DNA from: an uncultured Candidatus Sumerlaeota bacterium
Lineage (GTDB): Bacteria > CAYMEV01
Direction of reading: 5' to 3'
Assembly: GCA_964389675.1 (NCBI GenBank)
Contig: CAYMEV010000004.1
Coordinates: 1 to 64,000 of the forward strand
Length of the DNA: 64,000 nt
A program made the translations under genes and the position numbers. The notes beneath the pieces were generated by a model, which was not told the DNA's origin, did not search any database, and saw only the letters and a list, made by a program, of their open reading frames with translations. How positions within the stretch are numbered: the first letter of the stretch is position 1; every line of letters begins with the position of its first letter. Positions 58,780-64,000 of the stretch are shown here, in pieces.

Positions 58780-60582
58780 TTATATACTTCTAAGCAGTTT
58801 TATAAGCTGATCCCCGTCAATATAGCGGTCAATCCTTAAAAGTTCCCTGTTTGAAGGGCTGTATACGATTATCATTGGCAGGCCTTTAATTGAATATTCC
58901 TGCATAATCTTCTCGTTATCGCTGTCAATTGCAGTTAGATCTACCTTTATCATTATATAGTTTTCAAGATATTCGATTACATCCCTTTCCCTGAATGTTG
59001 TTCTCTCCATCTTTTTGCAGTAGGCACACCAGTCGGCCGTAAAATGGATAATAGCCGGCTTGCCTTCCCGTTCTGACCTTGCCATGCCCTCATCCAGGTC
59101 ATAAATCCAGTGCATTTCTGATGACATCCTGCTGTCCTGCAGAAAACCCCCGGCTGGTGCATAGCTCTCGTACAGCTTCAGGGATCCGTAAGCCACTAAT
59201 AATATACCGACTGCTATTATTATGTTCTTTAGTGTATCATCCTTCAGATGAGAAAGAACCTCCCTTATAAAGAATATTCCCATAAGAATAATAATAAACC
59301 CGTAGGCAAAAAGAACTGCCTGGCTGTCAAGCAGCGGGGCTGCAAAATATACAAGAAGCATCAGGATTGCATAGCCAAAGAAGTGCTTGACCAGAACCAT
59401 CCATCCCCCTGCTTTTGGAAGGGAGGAAAGTACTCCAGAAAATGTTCCGATTAAGATAAAGAGAAGGCCCAGCCCAAGTGCATATATGAACAGGAATAAA
59501 AAACCCAGTAATGGATTCTGCGTAGAAGCAATATATGTAAGAATTGTTATGACGACAGGGCCTGCACATGGAGCGGCAATGAGGCCAAACACCATCCCAA
59601 GAATGAATACTCCGCCGAAGCCGCCCTTTCTGCTGCTGGACAGCCTGTCCTGAATTGATGCGGGGAGCTGCAGGTCAAAAAAGCCGAACATTGATAATGC
59701 CATTAAAAAGAGTATTGATATTATCAGAATAATAAATACCGGGTGCTGTGCTATTGAACCGAACAAAGCCCCTGTAAGACCGGATATCAATCCCAGGACA
59801 GCATATGTAAGGCTGAGGCCGAGGACATATACAACAGCCTTTAGAAAACTGGAAGACCTTTTTTTGCCCATATCTCCTGAAAATAATGCGATGGTAATGG
59901 GTATCATCGGATATACACACGGTGTAAAGCTTGTAAGGATTCCGGCAATGAAAATAAAAAACAATGCCAGCAATATGCTTTCCGAAAGGGCTTTCTTGAG
60001 CCTGTTCTCGATAATACCGCCAGTTTCCCTGATTGCATCCTGCCTGTTTTGATAGCCCGGTTCCTGTTCACTTTCATCCAGTTTGCTGATCTCCTTAAAC
60101 TGCGCAATCCGGGCTGATCCTTCATCATTGCCCAAATTCATATCAAGTTCAAAAAACCGGTCAACCGGCGGCATGCATTGCTCAAAAGGCAGTTCATTGC
60201 AGGTCTGGTATTTGATTCTTCCCTGGAAATGGCGGTCAGGCCCGTTTTTTCGCCTGTTTATTTCATCACTCTCTATTATAAAACGGAAAGATACCTTGTC
60301 TCTGTATATTAAGCTGCCATTATAAAAAATGCTTTCATGGTATGACCGGTTCCTGATTGAAAAGCCATCCGGCATTAAAAGGTCAGAATCTAAAAACTCA
60401 GAGGTTATATGCACATTGGCAGGAAGCTCAACAATTATATCCAGCTGCAGTGCATCAGCATTCTCAGTATCAGGAATAAGGCTGTATGACAGTGTATATT
60501 CGGATGGCTCCAGCGCAAAAAGAACATGTGTAAAGCAGAAAAAGATAAACATGAACAGGCATAAAATTCTTGAAGCTTTCAT
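58780..60582 (-). CDS. dsbD: Thiol:disulfide interchange protein DsbD
   Basis: N-domain TCNELPFEQC, TM motifs TPCVYPMIP and APCAGP, thioredoxin motif WCAYCK. Confidence 0.92.
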   Translation of the reverse strand: MKASRILCLFMFIFFCFTHVLFALEPSEYTLSYSLIPDTENADALQLDIIVELPANVHITSEFLDSDLLMPDGFSIRNRSYHESIFYNGSLIYRDKVSFRFIIESDEINRRKNGPDRHFQGRIKYQTCNELPFEQCMPPVDRFFELDMNLGNDEGSARIAQFKEISKLDESEQEPGYQNRQDAIRETGGIIENRLKKALSESILLALFFIFIAGILTSFTPCVYPMIPITIALFSGDMGKKRSSSFLKAVVYVLGLSLTYAVLGLISGLTGALFGSIAQHPVFIILIISILFLMALSMFGFFDLQLPASIQDRLSSSRKGGFGGVFILGMVFGLIAAPCAGPVVITILTYIASTQNPLLGFLFLFIYALGLGLLFILIGTFSGVLSSLPKAGGWMVLVKHFFGYAILMLLVYFAAPLLDSQAVLFAYGFIIILMGIFFIREVLSHLKDDTLKNIIIAVGILLVAYGSLKLYESYAPAGGFLQDSRMSSEMHWIYDLDEGMARSEREGKPAIIHFTADWCAYCKKMERTTFRERDVIEYLENYIMIKVDLTAIDSDNEKIMQEYSIKGLPMIIVYSPSNRELLRIDRYIDGDQLIKLLRSI

Positions 60583-60608
60583 TTTATTTCCGCCTCTTAA
60601 TAAGAAAA

Positions 60609-60690
60609 TGCCGTGGGGGAGACTTGAACTCCCACGGGTTTCCCCACTGCCCCCTCAAGACAGCGTGTCTACCTGTTCCACCACCACGGC
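60609..60690 (-). tRNA. tRNA-Leu(GAG), CCA not encoded
   Basis: Reverse complement reads GCCGTGG...GGTAGACACG-CTGTC-TTGAGGG-GGCAG-long variable arm-GGGAGTTCAAGTCTCC-CCACGGCA. Located downstream of secG. Confidence 0.96.
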
Positions 60691-60701
60691 ACTGTTATAT
60701 A

Positions 60702-61238
60702 TCAGCTGTTACTGCTATGCTCTTCAGTTTGTTCCCTGATATCAGGTCCTTCCTCTGCCGGTTCGGGAATATCTGTTTCAGCAGGTATATCTCCGGAAAT
60801 ATTTTCACTTTCATTAAGATCTGAAGATTCTTCCTCGCCGGATATTCCTTCACTGTTATCCTCTGAAGCAGCTTCACCTGAAGATGTCTCATCCATTTCT
60901 TCGGTGGGAATACCTGCTTTTTGTTCCCCTTCCTGGCTTTCTGCAGGGATATCTCCCGGCTGAGCTGTCTCCTCAATAACTGTCTCTTCACCCTCCACGA
61001 CTGCATTTCTTTTTGCATTAATATATGCCAGGCTCAGTGAGGTTATCATAAATATTATTGCAAGGGCTACCGTCATTTTATGCAGAAATGTAGTAGCACC
61101 CCTTACGCCTAATGTTGATTCAGCAGCACCTGAAAGAAATCCGGATAATCCGCCGCCTTTTGATGACTGCAATAAAACAATCACAATCAGCAAAATACTT
61201 ACTATCACATGAATAAATACGATCAATCCGCTTACCAT
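60702..61238 (-). CDS. secG: Preprotein translocase subunit SecG with a long acidic tail
   Basis: VLLQSSKGGGL and two TM helices; tpiA-secG-tRNA-Leu synteny. Confidence 0.93.
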   Translation of the reverse strand: MVSGLIVFIHVIVSILLIVIVLLQSSKGGGLSGFLSGAAESTLGVRGATTFLHKMTVALAIIFMITSLSLAYINAKRNAVVEGEETVIEETAQPGDIPAESQEGEQKAGIPTEEMDETSSGEAASEDNSEGISGEEESSDLNESENISGDIPAETDIPEPAEEGPDIREQTEEHSSNS

Positions 61239-61314
61239 AAAATCATCCTTATAATCAAAATTAATATAGAAAACATAAAATAACTAAATAAAACTGCTTG
61301 TAAAGAAAAAAAAC

Positions 61315-62076
61315 TCAAATACTGTCGAATCTGATAATTTTCAGGAAATCATCAATGCTCAGCGATGCTCCGCCGACAAGTACCCCGTCTATATCCTTCT
61401 TGCCCATAAGCCCTTTTATATTCCCGGGCTTTACACTGCCTCCATACAATATCCTTATGCTCTCTGCTGTATCATTATCATATATATTTCCTATTGTATT
61501 TCTGATAAATCTGTGGGCTTCCTGTGCTGTTTCCGGCGTTGCCGTCAGTCCGGTACCTATGGCCCATACAGGTTCATATGCAATTGTTATGAGGGCCGCC
61601 ATGTCCCTGTCAAGCATATGAAAAGCATTCTTAAGTGACCTGCTAAGCACATCAAATGTACGTTCCGCCTTCCTTTCCTCAGCAGTTTCACCTATGCATA
61701 CTATAGGTTTCAGTGAGGCAGAAAGTGCTGACCTGGTCTTAAGATTCACAATTTCATCCGTCTCGGCAAAATATTTCCTCCTCTCAGAATGCCCTATCAG
61801 GACATGATTGCAATTTATATCCCTGAGCTGGAGAGGGCTTATCTCACCTGTATATGCTCCCTCATTAATATAAAAAACATTCTGGGCACACAGGATGATC
61901 TTTGAATTTTCAGTTATTGATGAAACTGCATCAAGGTGCAGATAAACAGGTGCTATGAGTATATCCCTGTCTGCTATTTCATTTGTTTCACTGCACAGCC
62001 TTTCAAAGAACTCCAGAGTTTCAGCCTTGTTCTTGTGCATTTTCCAATTGCCGCAAATAAAAGGTCTTCTGTCCAT
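61315..62076 (-). CDS. tpiA: Triosephosphate isomerase
   Basis: GNWKM, GHSERR, AYEPVWAIGTG, YGGSV, LVGGASL. Confidence 0.98.
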   Translation of the reverse strand: MDRRPFICGNWKMHKNKAETLEFFERLCSETNEIADRDILIAPVYLHLDAVSSITENSKIILCAQNVFYINEGAYTGEISPLQLRDINCNHVLIGHSERRKYFAETDEIVNLKTRSALSASLKPIVCIGETAEERKAERTFDVLSRSLKNAFHMLDRDMAALITIAYEPVWAIGTGLTATPETAQEAHRFIRNTIGNIYDNDTAESIRILYGGSVKPGNIKGLMGKKDIDGVLVGGASLSIDDFLKIIRFDSI

Positions 62077-62085
62077 AAAATACTC

Positions 62086-63261
62086 CTATTCTAAAATTGC
62101 CTTTATCCCTGGCAGGACAACTCCACCAAGAAATTCAAGGCTTGCGCCCCCTCCGGTGGAGACAAAATCAATCATATCCTCAACTCCCGCAACCCCAATG
62201 GCCTGAACGGACTCGCCCCCGCCTACAACTGAGAATGCACCTGATTCGCCAATTGCTCTGGCAATTTCAATAGTGCCTTTTGCAAAATTAGGGAACTCAA
62301 AAACACCCATCGGGCCATTTAAGAATATTGTCTTTGACCCTCTTATATGGTTTTTAAAAAGCTCTACAGTCTTAGGGCCTATATCCATTCCCATCACTTC
62401 ACCGGGTATATCAGGCCCGAAAACCTGCCTCGGGGTATCATTGTCAAATTTTTCCCCGCAAACCCTGTCGACAGGGAGAATTATCTTATCCCGGTACTCC
62501 TTGAGGTAATACCTGCATGCATCAAGGGTTTCATCCTCGTTCAAAGACTGGCCGATCGTAAAGCCTCTTGCTTTCAGGAACGGATAAGAGATTCCGCCGC
62601 CAAGCAGGCATTTATCAACCCTTTTCAACAGATTTTCCAGGACAGCAAGCTTGCTTGAGAGTTTTGCTCCACCCATTACTGCAATATACGGGGATTCCGG
62701 CTCTGCTAACAGTTTTGATAAATTGTTGATCTCATCCTGCATAAGAAAACCGAAACCCTTCGATTTCAAATACCTTGTGATCCCGAATATGGATGCATGG
62801 GCTCTGTGGGAGCTTCCGAATGCATCATTGACATAAACATCTGCAAGCTCAGAGAGCTTTTCTGAAAAAACAGGGTCATTTTTATTTTCTTTCTTGAAGA
62901 ACCTCAGGTTTTCCAGCAGAAGTATATCGCCATTTCTAAGTGACCTTGACAGACTCAGGGCCTCATCGCCTATACATGACCGGGCAAACTTAATTTGAGG
63001 ATATCTTCCCTTAAGGTATTCAAAAACAGGTTTAAGGCTTTTATCCTCTTCATAACCTGTACCCTCAGGCCTCTTAAAATGAGATGCAAGTATCGGGAAG
63101 CCTCCGTTTTCAAGAATATAATCTATAGTCCTGTATGTACTTACTATGCGCTGATCTTCTGCGACCCTGCCATCTTTAAGGGGAACATTAAAATCTGCCC
63201 TGACGAATACACGCTTATTGCGAAGGTCAAGTTTCTGGATAATCCTGTCTGAAATATCCAT
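62086..63261 (-). CDS. pgk: Phosphoglycerate kinase
   Basis: RADFNVP, LLENLRF, NDAFG, GGAK, STGGGASLE. Confidence 0.98.
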   Translation of the reverse strand: MDISDRIIQKLDLRNKRVFVRADFNVPLKDGRVAEDQRIVSTYRTIDYILENGGFPILASHFKRPEGTGYEEDKSLKPVFEYLKGRYPQIKFARSCIGDEALSLSRSLRNGDILLLENLRFFKKENKNDPVFSEKLSELADVYVNDAFGSSHRAHASIFGITRYLKSKGFGFLMQDEINNLSKLLAEPESPYIAVMGGAKLSSKLAVLENLLKRVDKCLLGGGISYPFLKARGFTIGQSLNEDETLDACRYYLKEYRDKIILPVDRVCGEKFDNDTPRQVFGPDIPGEVMGMDIGPKTVELFKNHIRGSKTIFLNGPMGVFEFPNFAKGTIEIARAIGESGAFSVVGGGESVQAIGVAGVEDMIDFVSTGGGASLEFLGGVVLPGIKAILE

Positions 63262-63271
63262 ACTGCTGCCC

Positions 63272-64000
<729 letters not shown>

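Noticed and set aside
60609-60690. tRNA-Leu as a possible integration site
   Set aside because: No integrase is present, I noticed no duplicated tRNA 3' end, and dsbD follows directly.
60329-61018. Short ORFs overlapping dsbD, the tRNA and secG, and other short overlapping ORFs in the track
   Set aside because: They are shadow frames of well-supported genes and have no recognisable motifs.

Overview
This AT-rich 64 kb window is a densely coded bacterial chromosome segment read with the standard genetic code. I saw no CRISPR array, integrase, transposase or rRNA. It is mostly housekeeping: folK-panB-panC, rho-rpmE-prfA-prmC, uvrB/fabI, panD-nadA, CIRCE-groES-groEL, fbp, mnmA, dsbD, and gap-pgk-tpiA-secG-tRNA-Leu(GAG). 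Signalling and envelope modules are interspersed: an ECF sigma with a ZAS anti-sigma, an RsbW-STAS-RsbW-RsbU partner-switch run, a CDP-dideoxyhexose cluster, a PilH/PilI/PilG-like ABC module, an M6 protease and an Slt. Gene content suggests a diderm, probably poorly characterised lineage with Deltaproteobacteria/Acidobacteria-like signalling (inference). The most striking pattern is up to five intact, full-length ORFs that keep an enzyme scaffold but lack the catalytic motifs: a Ser/Thr pseudokinase-TPR, a pseudo-HtrA, an 8-Cys/MshEN/PilB-like pseudo-ATPase, a pseudo-histidine kinase-receiver and a possible pseudo-HerA. Also notable are an RfbH/E1-type dehydrase lacking its Fe-S ligand loop with no E3 partner nearby, an L31 with a basic N-terminal extension, a ParB/Srx-GNAT fusion and a larE-mnmA pair. 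All family assignments come from motif recognition by eye; no searches were run.
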